A stretch of 64,000 nt of DNA from Eledone cirrhosa (taxonomy: Eukaryota). Position 1 is the first letter of the stretch; each line of letters begins with the position of its first letter. The stretch covers positions 132,494,001 through 132,558,000 of the forward strand of contig OZ024740.1 in assembly GCA_964016885.1 (NCBI GenBank). The letters are read 5' to 3'. The notes below the pieces were generated by a model, which worked only from the letters and a program-made list of their open reading frames with translations, was not told the origin of the DNA and ran no database searches. A program made the position numbers and the translations under genes. Shown one piece after another: positions 46,991 through 61,988 of this stretch.

Positions 46991-47240
46991 GGCGCATGGC
47001 TTAGTGGTTAAATCATTGGGCTTGCAATCGAAAGGTTGTGAGTTCAATTTTCGGACCTACCGGGTGATGTGTTGTTTCCTTGAGCAAGACACTTTATTTC
47101 CCGTTGATCCAGTTTACTGAGCAGTAGAAATGAGTTCCGGCCTGCCTGCCCAGCCAGTGGAATCGCGTTATCTTATGGCTAAAACAGCACGATGTGTGTG
47201 ACCAGCGGCGCCAATTGGCGCCCGACAGACTGGTCGGTCA
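46991..47240 (+). mobile_element. tRNA-derived SINE (second family)
   Basis: A box TGGCTTAGTGG and B-box-like GAGTTCAATT, followed by the SINE central-domain-like ccttgagcaagacacttta. Confidence 0.75.
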
Positions 47241-47249
47241 AGGTTATAC

Positions 47250-47290
<41 letters not shown>

Positions 47291-48598
47291 TATATAAATA
47301 TATATGTGTGTGTGTATACTGAAACGAAGTAATCAGAATGGACCGAAAATCTTCGATCGTTTTCCCACTCACTCAATGCCTTAATGCCTCATTTAAGCCA
47401 GCAACATTACAATATATCAAACCAAAGAAATCAGAGTGCACTCTCATACGTTAAATCGTGAGAAAAGCGGATAAGTGTGGGTAGAAAATTAAATTATCTC
47501 GTCCCGGACAAATGCATTAGTTTTCAGTACTCCATATCATATATATATATATATATGTATATAGGTGTGTGTGTGTTTATGTCTGTGTGTGCTGTTTGTC
47601 TAAGTCTGTGTCTATGTTTGCTTGTGTCTATAGATATATTGTATTTATATATATATTTATATATATGCTAGGGTGTATTATATATTTCTATTATTATACA
47701 AATATAAGGAAGGCATTATTTAATTCTTAACTGTCGATGATATTTACACTAACTTCTTTTTTTTATATTCATGTGCTTTATGTTATATATTCCGTGAAAT
47801 ATAATGTGAAATTTTTCAATCTTCATTACTGCAATTAACAAACGGTATAGAAATTTTCTCTCTTATAGTTTAATATATTTAATTTAGAATTCCAACAATC
47901 AGATGTTATTTTACTTAGTTGAAAATTATTCAATAAAAGCCTCCAAAATGTAATATTTAATTCCCAAAACCTATTCTAACACCTCGAGATGTTATCAAAT
48001 GATCAGAACGTTATATGTTGTTTAGTACCTGTCGTTTTAATGCTCAATATAAACCATTAAATCTTGTTTTCTATAATATAAAATTCTTTCACAATTATAC
48101 AAATACAATCATTGAAAATGTTGAGACACTACATCTTAACTTTGAATAGTTTCGGCTAATGTCTGTTATTATTACACTAAACACTATTTACACATGGCAG
48201 AATAGTTATTTATGGTTTCTTTAGACAATTTAATATTCCAAACGTTCTTCGAATTGACATAGTATTAGTTGATCCATAAAATATCGAGAGAAATATTTAA
48301 GCTGCAAAGAAAATTAACAGCAAAATTGAATCTGAATATATGACAAAAAAGCATAAAATGTAACTATTAACACGGTATGGGGCAGAAAACAAAGATATAA
48401 TGATATTACAGACAAAAAACTGCATCTGTTATCCAATGTATAGTTGTGCAGCAGTTTTAATGTATTCCTTAACATCCTTTAAAGGGAATTGATTCAGATG
48501 GATACTCAGTTGGGGAACATTAATTCAGGACTGGCATCTATACTCCATTTTTGTGGTATCATACAATTTACAAGTAGTTAGGATATCGTATAATTAAT

Positions 48599-48781
48599 TG
48601 TTTCTACTTTTTGGCACAAGGCCAGCAATTATCCCAGTGAATTACTGGTACTTTATTTTATCGACCCCGTAAGGATGAAAGGCAAAGTTAACCTCATCGG
48701 GAATTGAACTCAGACGGTAAAGGGGTGTAACTATGCTACAAATCATGTGTCCGACCCTCTACCGATACGGCCAATCCACCA
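48599..48781 (-). mobile_element. Full-length tRNA-derived SINE with 18-bp target-site duplication
   Basis: Reverse strand has A box TGGCCGTATCGG and B box GAGTTCAATTCC. The TSD ggatatcgtataattaat occurs at 48581-48598 and 48784-48801. Confidence 0.88.
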
Positions 48782-49617
48782 ATGGATATCGTATAATTAA
48801 TAGAGACATATTATGAAAGCATGTACAATGTGTTTATGAATAATACACTTACATAATTCTCCCGATATGATTCTTTGTTGTGTTTCTATACCACATAAGT
48901 GGAATGACACTCAAATCGCTATTGTGTCAGGATTCATCTTCACTGGTTTTTAATCTCTAGATTCTGAATAGAGTAAATATACATTATTTATATTTTGCAT
49001 ATGGAATATCGAAGTAGATGTTTATTTGCATAGTGTGTTGATTTGAAGGACTGCTATTAGTTAGAAATAGCACTGCAATTAGCCTTATTATTAATAGAGG
49101 GATATTCGATTATTTCTCAGTTAATTAGAAAAGAGCATACTTTTTATGATTTCAAGAGAAAGATTGGATCCAACACTGAGTGAGGTAATCCAGGTATGGA
49201 ATACGATACTATATTTCAAAGATTTCTTTGATTGAAAACGCAGTGAAAATCTGGCCAAAATATTCTGCGATATGTCTATATGACCATGAAAGACACACGT
49301 TTGTATAGGCACTTACTTTGAACAAATAAAATCATATTTTTCTGGATTTGGAATAAAACATTTATTTCAGTCATATTCCTAAATGAAATCAATGTTTTTA
49401 CTTTTTTTTGCTATATCAAATTTTGTATTATCCAAGGTTTCAAGAACCGAATCTCATATCAATTTCTCAGGTAAATCTATTTACAATCTACTGAGGCGTT
49501 TCTAGTTTCTCTTATCTGCAAAATACTTTTCAATATTATTGTGAAATAGTTCATGCAACTTTTATTTGCGCCAGCCTCACACACATACGCACGCTATGCC
49601 CCTCCCCCTCCCATATA

Positions 49618-49655
<38 letters not shown>

Positions 49656-49842
49656 CATTTGGGGAGGGTCATGTTGCCAGAAGAATATAGTAAATATATA
49701 TATATGAAAATCTATGACCCCGATGTTATGGTCCATCTGGTTCCTTACCACAACTCCTTCGTTATATATATATATATATACATACATACATATATATGTA
49801 TGTATATATGTATATATATATATATATATACATATATATATG

Positions 49843-49873
<31 letters not shown>

Positions 49874-49878
49874 GTATG

Positions 49879-51070
<1,192 letters not shown>

Positions 51071-51125
51071 GTGGGAAAGTAAAAAATCGGAGAATAGACC
51101 GTTAAAACATGTTTATTTAAAACAC

Positions 51126-51165
51126 CACCTACGTACGTTTCGCCCAGTTGGGCTTCTCAAGGGCA
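51126..51165 (-). ncRNA. Minimal hammerhead, U3:A8 variant
   Basis: Reverse complement reads tgccc-TTGAGAA-gccc aact gggc-GAAA-cgtacg-TA-ggtg. Confidence 0.72.
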
Positions 51166-51459
51166 TAAATAATGAAAAGTGTTCCTTATATTGCTCGGAA
51201 AGAGTTTTGGGGGTTAAATCCACATCAAGGTTCATTGCTCGCAAAAGTAGCTTGTGTTGATTTTGCAGCAGATCAAGGGGGGTAACTCCGGCCGGTGTTA
51301 GGGCAGTCTTTCCCGGACAATTTTTTTTTTTTTTTTTTTTTGCCGCATCTGTTTGTCTGAGGCTGGGTCTGGTATGCAAGGATTGTTTCCTGGGTGTTAT
51401 TTTGCAGCGCCAACCGGCGGGGTATTAAGACCTGTTGCAGGGAGATCCGGTGTACGGTT

Positions 51460-54185
51460 TCACCTCATCATTAACCCATCTGAAAAAGGATATTTTTAAG
51501 CGATGTTTACAACCTATCGCTGTTTCAGCTCTGCTGTTGATGAGCTCGTGGGGTGCAGTTATGATGTGGTAGAGCTCCATGAGGCAAAGATCGCATTTCG
51601 TCTTGAAGTTGTACGGTGCAGCCCTACCGACAATCTCCCAGTGCGTGGAGAAGCTGATGTTTAAGTCCTTTAGTGATGTGATGAAGTCCGCGAGCGAAGC
51701 GGAGTGCCTTAGTTTTCTATTGTGAAAGAGTGGAGATGTGTTCGAAACCTAATTTTGAACGGGCCGGAGGTAGCCCCTATATAATGTTTAACGCTATTGT
51801 GGCTAGTAATAGTGCATATATACATAACTCTATCAGTCAAGCAGTATCCTCTAAGAGGGCAGCGTCCTCTGTTGCGGCAGTTGCAATTTCTGTCGCGGTT
51901 ACGTCTATTTCCCACGGTAAGGCTAGCATTGTTGCTGCCTACGTTGTTACCCACACTATCGCAGCTGTCGTTAGCACCATTACAACCCACAGCACGCGGG
52001 GTGGTGCGATTGTTATTCCGCACGTCATGTCCTGCATGTTCCCCAGTTATTTCCCGGTTATGCTGGTTGCGTCTGCGGATGCCGTTGTCAACACTATTGG
52101 ATGCTGCCAGGGAGTTGTTAAGGCCGATATAGTTATTGTCAGGTGTAGGTGCGTCTATGTCGAGGTGCTGTGTCTTGGTGATCTTACTGTGGTTCGTTGT
52201 TCCTATGATGTCTGCTAGGTCAGGAGTATTAGAGAAGGATATTTTTATATTGTTCCTGTTAAGAATTTTTCTATATCTATGGTCGGGCGGGAAGTTCTTC
52301 TCTGAGGCTTAGAAGAACATCCGGGGTATGTTGGAGACCACACTCCGAGAGTAGGGGGGGTGGAACCATAGGACGTTACGGTGGCGATTACGTGTCCTTG
52401 TACTTTTGCTACGGGTGGTTCCATCTAGGTGACCGCTCTTATGTGTGTTAATGCGCAGTTGCCCGTTCGGTGCCCCTTTTACTTTATGCTCGGGTGCACT
52501 CTTCCTACCTCTTCCATGTTTATGTACACGAAGATGTTGATTGGAAGGCCTTGGTAGTAGGCCGTCGCCTTTGTTGGTTTTGTAATAGGGGAATAGTTCG
52601 AGTAATCTACATTGTTCAACGTCGCCGGGGTCGTGATCTTTAGTGCGGTTATCTATTCTATTATATCCGACTTCAACGAGGTCTCCGCGTGATCGGTTAT
52701 AGGTATGGCTTACTATAACGTTCGTTTTATGAGGGGGGATTCTAGAGCTAGCGTTAGGGATGTATGAAATTCCTCGGTTAAAGCCGGCGCTTATCAAGGC
52801 CCTATTGTAGTAATCCGCTGCTTGGTTGAAAATATCCTCATTGGCGGATAGCCTCGAGATTCTATGTGAGATACTATAGCCTATGAAGTTGAGAGTCTGC
52901 AAGGGTGGTTGGAGGCATAATTAATATAAGAGAGGCACTCTCCAGGCTTATGGTATTGCTTGTATAAGCCCGTACTCAACTCCAGGGTCACGTCCAGGAA
53001 GTTGACAACCCTGTGGTTGAGGTCCATAGTTACGGATAGGCCGTATGACTCGAATAACCTGTGTATATGTTTGTTAAGGTTCTCTATCCTACAGGGGCTA
53101 TGGTTCCTAACGGTAAATAGGGCGTCGTCCCTATATATACCTCCTTGTAGGGCCGGTAACTCTTCCCTAAGCTTATGTAGGAGGTATATCCCGACCTGGT
53201 CAGTTGCTTGCGCTGAGTCACTGGACCCCATCGTGACATCGAAGTTATCAGGACGGTTGGTTCTGGTCCAGTGGGAGCCTTCGAACTGGATAAGGGTTCT
53301 ACGCGCCGCTAGAATTATGTCTATTTCTTTTTTAGTGAGGCTAGTGTTAGATCTAGCTAAGATAAGTGCCTTATTTAAGAGTATGGGTGAGATAGAGGAG
53401 TAGTAACTATCTATATCAAACTGGATGAATTTCAAGGTGGCTTTATCCGGCAACTCGTTGAACCAATTTATGACCTGGTCGGTGTTGCCCCAGAGGCAGA
53501 CCTTAGCCTTTCTATTAAGCTCCATTAGTACTCTGTCGAGGATCACTTTACTAATCTTACCTATATCTGATGTAGAGGGGCATATTAGTCTAATAGAGGG
53601 GCTTTCATTAAAGTCATATTTGTGATCCTTAAGAGAGAATTTAGGCGTCAGAGGGACGTACGGGTTAGTGTACTTTTCTATTTCTAAGCTGGTGACTATA
53701 TCCTTCCCTACTCTATTTATGTCATTTAGGGTACTGGAGGGTGTCTTTTTGTAGTCTTTGTGTAGTTCCATATAGATGATTTTTTTATACTTACTGGCGT
53801 CCATCTTGTACAGCTTTTTGGTTTTGTCGGAGGTGACGAAGAGGTGCGGGTCGTTCTTGATCTTAGTTATTAGTGTATCAAGGAACGTTAAGAATGGATT
53901 GCTGCATTGGTGTTTCTTTCTGAACTTAACGTTTTTGATCATTTTCAGGGGGTCCTCTTCAAAGGAGTCCGGTAAGGTGTTGTGCGGTGGGTTTCGGTAT
54001 GTTTTGAAGCTATACCTCTCTTTTGTTTCAGGAAGGTTACGGGTGTTCTTATCCAGGTGGTAGGTCTTCCACCTGACTCTCCGTATAAACGAATTAGTAG
54101 CATCTATAAGCAGTTTAAGGTGGGTTTTTCTGCTGGGTCAGGGGATACACTTGAGAGACAGGGGTAACGGCTGGTTATCCAACAT
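51460..54185 (-). pseudogene. PLE RT plus GIY-YIG polyprotein, disrupted
   Basis: FDIDSYYSSI, MGSSDSA and IYRDDA. The ORF pieces are 52881-53942, 52309-52902 and 51709-52023. Confidence 0.9.
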
Positions 54186-54335
54186 AATGGCAAATAACGT
54201 GAGATGCTCTACAAAAGGAGCACAGTAATACAGTATTTACGTATCGAGAAAGAGAAAAAAGGGGAGGATAGGTGATACATATAGTTATTTGCCAAGTAGC
54301 GTATGCCAAAGGTGCTCGATACTAGTGCCGGCAGT

Positions 54336-54380
<45 letters not shown>

Positions 54381-55055
54381 CAGATCTAGCTGTCGAAACG
54401 GCCGGGGCTCAGCCGTCAATGTCCTGCTTCTTTATACATATATATATATTGTGCCATGTTACATTGAGTTCCATTTGTGATATGTAACCTCATACAACCT
54501 TCTGTATAGCCGATTCTTTGGCGACTAACCTGGCAGACGCGTCACGCTAGCGTATGGAGGATAGGGATTTGTAGGCAGTACGTGAGGCGAAAACCCCAAA
54601 CCGTCAAAGTAGGTATAACTCAGAAAGGTCGATGATCATCAAAAATGTGTATATACATACACATATATGCATATACCTGTATATAGAAACGCATTTATCT
54701 CTGTCAGCCCACAGAGCCTAACGTGGCAAATTTATGACATACGTTGGACAGTGACACAGAAAATCGACTGGGGACCTTAAGTCCCCCGCAGCTTAAGAGT
54801 CACTCAGGAAAACCATCAGAGTGGGGGAGTAAACTCGTGGTACTGCTCAGGACAAAGAGGTTGGCCGGGAGTAAGATGTAGAAACGGCCTCGCTCGTGAT
54901 TGGGAGTGATAGGAGGCAAACCAGGAAGGATATCCTACTACAGGAGTGATAATATCCCGAGGAAATGGAAATAAATATATATACATACATATATATGTGT
55001 GTTTGTGTGTTTGTGGAAGAGTGGCTGCGTATGTGCACTCTTTGTGTGTCCGTGA

Positions 55056-55095
<40 letters not shown>

Positions 55096-55119
55096 GTAGT
55101 CACTGGAGGGTTATATCAG

Positions 55120-55161
55120 ACCGAGCTGAGTATCGCACAGAGTGAAATATTTGTTTTCGGT
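55120..55161 (+). ncRNA. Degenerate hammerhead (25594/56322 family)
   Basis: accgag-CTGAGTA-tcgcacagagt-GAAA-tatttg-TT-ttcggt, in an ~85-bp insert within (TA)n. Confidence 0.55.
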
Positions 55162-55176
55162 AAGGTGAACTAACAG

Positions 55177-55225
<49 letters not shown>

Positions 55226-55226
<1 letters not shown>

Positions 55227-56075
55227 TAGCTGAGATACCCGGTAATAACCGGGAGCGGGCGTATTCCCTGTTCCCATTAAAATTCCCAATGCCTCTCAGA
55301 CCAAAAATGAAGTCAAAATATAGGACAGATTATGAAAAGAGAAGACAAATTCATTTACGAAACAATAAAACAAACAAATATTGTTGATACCATTGCTCAG
55401 CCGAAAGAATGTTTGTCAGAGAGGTTGAGTGTTGCTATAAAGAAGAAAATAGAATTATTTTTCAAGAGAAACTGGGGTCTTACAGTATCTGCTGGATTAG
55501 TAAGGCGACAAACTGTTGGTCAGATCAGTGCAGTGCTGCCTCAATGCTATAGGGACCAAAAATAAATAATCGTTCAATAAATTAGAAAGAAGAGATATCT
55601 CTAGAGAAAATATATTTTATAGCAAGCAGAGAATAGTAAGTTGATTTATGGAGAAAATGTTAAGCCCACAGCAGCTAAAGCCAAATTCCGCTCATCAGTT
55701 AATCAAAAATCAGCTTACGCTTTGCTCGAGTGGTCAGGATGATTTTCCTTAGCAAAAAGCCATCCTTCGTACATAATCTATCTGTGTTTCAAGTTTGAAG
55801 GGAATCGTGTGAGAGCTTTAAAATTTATGGCAGAAAATATCATTCATATGAGCATTTGCATACACATTTCCTATTCATTTTTTTTTAAATCGATGCTGAC
55901 TCTAAATTATCGATCTTGTTAAAACTTCAAAGTACGTAAGAAATCAAATGGGCATTAGCCCCACACACGTGTCAAGGTTCATCAAGATCAGGTTTGTAGT
56001 TTTTGAATTTTAGGTTCACAAACAAATCCACAAACAAACACACACACAAACAGACAGAAATTGTCATTTATGTAT
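55226..56075 (-). mobile_element. Non-autonomous Helitron
   Basis: Terminal CTAG at 55226-55229 with the hairpin cccggtaataaccggg. The opposite end has a TTTG/TCTG microsatellite, as in the large Helitron. No ORF. Confidence 0.75.
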
Positions 56076-56321
56076 ATATATATATATATATATACATAAA
56101 TGGCAATTTCTGTCTGTTTGTGTGTGTGTTTCTTTGTGGATTTGTTTGTCCCATGGACTGAGTGTTCTACCACCACGGATATTACCTTCCAGTGTTCTAC
56201 ATATATATATATATATATATATATATGTAGAACACTGGAAGGTAATATCCATGGTGGTAGAACACTCAGTCCATGGGACGAGTTAGGTAGAAGTTGTTAC
56301 ACAAGAGTTAGTTCACCATAC

Positions 56322-56359
56322 CGAGAACAATTATTTCACCTTAGCGGATCCTCAGCTCG
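56322..56359 (-). ncRNA. Type I hammerhead ribozyme
   Basis: Reverse complement reads cgag-CTGAGGA-tcc gctaa ggt-GAAA-taattg-TT-ctcg. A hairpin at 56347-56387 marks the 5' truncation. Confidence 0.75.
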
Positions 56360-56779
56360 TAATGGGTCCATTACGAGCTGAGGATCCACTTTTGAGCGCT
56401 ACTGATAAGATGTACCTCAGTACCACCTATCGCATTGTCAGGTAGTTAGCACATGAACCGGCAACCCCATGGTGATGAGAGTGATCTGAGACAAAACACG
56501 TCAAAAAGCAGGAGAAATCCATGCGAGGTAATGGCCAACCCATGTATATATATATATTTACAACTATTGGGAGTGTTTGGGTGTGAAAGCGTATTTCTTT
56601 TTATTTCAAATGATGGAACGTGTATACATTTTACAGCTTTAAAACACTCTAAATATTTTGATTTTTTTTTTTTTTGTTCTCGATAGAGTAGCCTGAACTA
56701 TCTAATCACTGACAAAACATGCGTGCGATCCTTACAGTTGTGTCTTCCTTTGACAATAAGCCAGCAATCTTAGGATGAC

Positions 56780-58900
56780 ACTGATTTCATCTTCAGAGGA
56801 AATCAGTGGTTATCATAGCTCGCCTTTTATTTCAGCAAAATATCAGCATAGTGGCTCTTTCAGGAAATGACCAATCAGAAAACGTAGAAAATTATAACCT
56901 ATACTGGATAGGTAAATTGCTTGATACAAAAGTGGAAACTTGTTTTGGATTTGCTATTAGAAGTGATATATTAAAACAAATTGAATCATTTTTATAGGTG
57001 TGAATGACAAACTATTAACTCTAAGTAGAACATTTCAAAACAAACTCTATTGTTCACCAAATTCGTCATTTGAGCTTCAAGAGGAATTTTACTCCAGTCC
57101 TCGTGGGTCGCTCCAAATAGGGTATGCCGGTGAAAATGTATATTATTGTGGAATTTTAATGGCCAGGCATGGCATTGGAATTATTAGCTCAAATTGCCTT
57201 CTTTTCACTTTGTAAATTATTTAACTTTCAGATTAGATACTCTCTTCCAAGAAACTAAGTATTTGAAGAAAAGCTGAAAATCCCCAGGATCTGGTCCACC
57301 ATTTTATTCATTATAAACGTACGCTTACGCGCCAAGCTATAGAAGAAGCATGGCCCGATCATAAACTCATTTGTTTCCACATAACCATGAAAATCGAATA
57401 ACCCAATCGGACACAACGTAGTGCTCCACTTAGAAAAAGGTAGATACTAGCATGTGGATGAATGAAAGTATTGCACAGTTCTTTGATCATAATTTCAAAG
57501 CAGCAACAACTCAAATTATTATATATGATGATATTGAGGCACATTGGATATGTGACATATATTCCCTTTGGGACAGCAAAAGAAACAGTAGGTTATTTCA
57601 ATCGTATGCACCAAAACAGATTGAGTCAAATGATCCACAAATCCAATCACTTCTTGAGGACACGCGTAAACGTCACCGTCCTTGGATGCTTTATAGAAAC
57701 TAATCCACTAGATATAGGGCATTTAAACTTGTAATGATGGGTGCTAGTGCCGCACCTAGTGAAATGTAACAAAACTGGTGGAAAGAGAAAACAAAAGCCC
57801 TTCAAGAAGCAACAGTCATTATTGATTTGAAATCCTTTATCAGAATCTGAAAAGAGACTTTGATCCTATTTCAAAAGGTTCATATCCTGTGTTCCTCTAG
57901 AAAATGAATTATTAACCGAGAAACGTGACATAAACACATCTGAACGTTGCGCTAAACACATCTGGAGTATTCTTAATAGAAACTCAAGCGTTAATATTCG
58001 TAACAATATATCGCAGCAGCCTGCATTGCAATACCTGTCAATAAATTATTATCTTTCAGAAATGAAAATGGCCATCAAACAAATGTCCCACGGCAAGAAT
58101 CCATCCACGTTATGATGGTCTAACAATATGGTGTTCAAAAGCCGATGACAAAACGCTTTGAAATTTTAACATGCGTATGGGAGTGAGATTCTCCAAAACA
58201 ATAGTTTAAATATGTCTCAAGTGTACACATATACAAAAAAGGCATAGCAGATGTGTATGTGACAACCATAGGGAATATCTCTTTTGTCAGCTAGAGTGAA
58301 GATACTTGCTCGAGATATCCTGGCAAAATCTGTGCTACCTGAATCACAGTATGGGTTTATAACAGGATGAGTTACATGATAAGGGCTTGAGTCAAAGACG
58401 ACTGCGTGTGACATCTATAGAGCATTGAAAGGAACACTTTTTCACCTTTGTTGACCTAGCCAGTGCATTTGATACCCTCTCTAGTGATGACTTGTGGATC
58501 GTCCTTCATGAACTTGGCATACTGAGGAAACGGATTCAGATCATAATAACCTTCCACAAACGAAGGAAAGCGTCTGTTAAATTGGCTTAGAACATTTTGA
58601 TGTGTTCAATGGAAACAAACAAGGATATCTTTAGCTTCACTTCTTTTCGCTTCTTGCTGGAACATGCTTTTCAGGATAACAATGTGGGAGATTCTTTTGA
58701 GTTTCGAAGAGCAGAAGGTCAGTCCGCGGTTTAAAGCAAAAACAAATATACTTGTCCAGGTAGTCCTTGCTCCAGATGGTTGTGCTCTTGGGGCACACAA
58801 CTTGATACACATGCAAGCTACTCAAAATGCCTTTTAGATGTATGTAAAACGTTCGAAATGCGGCTACAGTGACGTAGCAACTCATTTCTACAACTGAGTG
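56780..58900 (+). pseudogene. Highly decayed RTE/BovB-like LINE (APE-RT)
   Basis: Remnants GFAIRSDILKQI..GVNDKLLTL, HGIGIISSNCL, LPESQYGF, FVDLASAFDT and NGNKQG. Confidence 0.7.
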
Positions 58901-59982
58901 AACTGAAGCAATCCCAAATAAAGTGTTTAACTCAATGACCACATATTTGCATGAAATTACAAAATATAATGGCCATGATAGTGTATATGCCTGATAAATA
59001 TTATTGGTCAGAGATGACTGCCTTCATTCAAACCATGCGTTTACACTATGCGCGTTTTTAAATGTTGCGCCAAATCTTAAACGCACTCACTCGGCATATG
59101 AAAGATCCGTGCTTAGACTTGCCAGACACATCACAGTTCACATATTTATTCAGAATACCTACCAACTACTATTTTAATTATCTGTATTGCGACAATAATG
59201 TTTCCAAATTTAAAATATCCCAATTACACGTAATATATGTTTTCCCTCTGTAATGTTATGTATTTCATAGATATTTTAAGATATCTGTAGGAGAGGAAGC
59301 GACAAAGTAGGGTATTTTACATTCATTCGTTTTCTGTGGTTACATAATATATGTAATGTAACGTATGCTACACCCACATCTTTTTTCCTATAAAACAATC
59401 TAACAGATTGCGCTCGTGTACATAATCGACGACAATCAATATAATCTATATTTTCCTATTCTCCAATCTTTAGCCGACTTACTGCAAAACAAGAATTCCC
59501 CCGATAAATTTCACGGAAAAAAATTGTGAAATTAGAATATCTAATTATTGATTAAATGTTGTGTACATTGAATAATGTTTACACACAAACACCCATTCAC
59601 ACATCGATACATTTCTAAGACATTGCAGTATATAAAAATGGAGATAGGCCCACTTTAGATGTTGTTATTTCAAAGGTATGTCTCGATATACAGTGCCTTC
59701 GAAATATATTACATGATAAAATATAATACATAATCGGCTTTCTGTAGACGTCATGTCAGAAATTGCATTAGAGCATCATAACATAACGATAGCAACAAAG
59801 AATGTGTACTACGGCTAACTAGGTAAGAAAAGAATTTATGGAAATCTAATCTCCGTATTGTATTATCAGTGCACGGAAACGCCATGCATTTCCCACATGA
59901 TCCCGCATTACAATTAGAAACATATGGAATATGTTAGTGATTGACCCAGCTACTAATTTGTAAATATTCTGTAACACACAAA

Positions 59983-60031
<49 letters not shown>

Positions 60032-60049
60032 TTTATATATATATGTATA

Positions 60050-60350
60050 TATACAATATATTAATAAATGGAAACTATATTTATAAAACCATATTTATTA
60101 TTTATACATACTTCAAGGGCAACCAAGGTAAATTATGGTGCGCATTCATCAGATAAAATACAGATTTGGTTTATAAATAAATATTGACATATCCGGAAAA
60201 AAGACAACCTTAACGGTTGGAGCTTCCTGGATAGTTATCTAGGAAGCTCCAACCGTTATTTACCATGATTTACATTGGTTGCCCTTGAAATATGTATAAT
60301 AAAATAAATATGGTTTTATAAATATAGTTTCCATTTATTAATATATTGTG
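60050..60350. mobile_element. Foldback insert of the 29020 HHR family
   Basis: 60052-60143 is inverted relative to ~60257-60350. There is a near-perfect hairpin at 60211-60258 and a degenerate HHR at 60095-60160 (-). Confidence 0.8.
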
Positions 60351-60465
60351 TATTTACTCCACTAAACTGTTGAGTGGTTTATATCAGTCATAACATTTTT
60401 AAGCTTGTTGAATTTTTAAGCTTGTTGAATCCTAACAAATTAAATACAACCTCTGCATATATGTA

Positions 60466-60533
<68 letters not shown>

Positions 60534-60537
<4 letters not shown>

Positions 60538-60707
60538 AACGAGTAAGACCCCGACGGCTGAGCTCAAGCCGTTTCGACTGGTAATTCGAAACGGCTCGAG
60601 CCCAGCCGTCGGCGCCTTACTCGTTCCTATTACCCACTCTACTACCCTAAGTATTGAGTACTTTGGTGCGTTATGGTCCACCTGGTTCCTTACCACATTT
60701 CCTTCGT

Positions 60708-60708
<1 letters not shown>
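60534..60708 (+). mobile_element. Family A foldback insert
   Basis: Inverted repeat at 60534-60629 plus tail. Confidence 0.75.
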
Positions 60709-60758
<50 letters not shown>

Positions 60759-60870
60759 ATATGTATATATATATCGAACAAAACACAAACAAACACACAC
60801 CAACACACATGCACCCACCCCACCCCCACACACATATACACACACATACACAACCCCCACACACACACAC

Positions 60871-60910
<40 letters not shown>

Positions 60911-60911
60911 G

Positions 60912-60943
<32 letters not shown>

Positions 60944-61334
60944 TGTATGTATATATATATATGTATGTATATATATATCCAAAATTAAGATAAATCAAAT
61001 GAATTTAATCTAAATCAAAATTATGTATGTATATATATATATCGAAGTAAATGAGGTATCGTTTAAGGTAATCCAAGTAGAGGTTACGAGTAATCAGTAC
61101 CGTGGAGGATTTTAACGTGCAGCGTTGGTTGACTCAACAAGATGTTTACTTAGTTGTGGCGTTTGGATGGCCGATTTCTGACAGTTTCTAGGTAAGCAGT
61201 TCGTGGGGTATTAATACTGAATGCTTAAAAATTAACACGGATAAGCTATACAGTAAGGTTTATTCCAATAAACCTTTACTGTATAAGTTATCTGTGTTAA
61301 CCTTCATTCATTCAGTGTATATATGAATGTATAT

Positions 61335-61337
<3 letters not shown>

Positions 61338-61418
<81 letters not shown>
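61338..61418. repeat. (GA)n microsatellite
   Basis: Directly visible. Confidence 0.98.
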
Positions 61419-61423
<5 letters not shown>

Positions 61424-61988
61424 AGATAAATAGGTAGATAGATAGATAGATTGATAAAACAGGTACTCTATACATTGGTTGAGTGTAAGCATCGTTATTA
61501 TAAATATAGAAATGGCTTCGCAGATTTACGCCTTATGATCAGATTTTCTACGTGTACAATTGTATTTGTTTTGCAGAATGTATACACGTGTATCATCCGA
61601 ATTTTAATTAAACCAAGAGCTGCAATAGGAGGCCTCACAATAGGATGAGCATACACAATCACATGAACATACACAGTAACATGAAAGTATGCATATATGG
61701 AGAGAATCTTCTTCGCGGGAACACAAAATGATGGGTAAAGCAAGATCCATATGTATGTTATAAACCCGAATCTACCAACTCATAATATTATATTATAATA
61801 TTAAATCAAATTATTTAGAACTACAAGTGAAGTCATTATTTTCCTTTTTTTTCAAATATACTAACTGTACCGCGGTTCTCACACATTTTCCAATATATAT
61901 ATATATATATATAAGATTGTCATCATATTTTAATTTGATGTAAGGAGTGTAGAGAATAATAATAATAATATTAATAATAATAATGTCC

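Larger units (their letters stand above)
51071..54340 (-). mobile_element. Near full-length Naiad-type PLE with several frameshifts
   Basis: N-terminal LSLKCIP...RRVRWK, RT at 52881-53942, NVLWFHPPYS, CNCRNRGRCPLRGYC and HYIGAT. Terminal HHR and (TA)n on both sides. Confidence 0.92.

Noticed and set aside
46991-47060. tRNA gene
   Set aside because: It has A and B boxes but no complete cloverleaf, and it continues into a SINE body.
49318-49379. Possible 62-nt minus-strand exon (tttag...gtaagt)
   Set aside because: The splice-like signals are good, but it is isolated and the peptide is unrecognisable.
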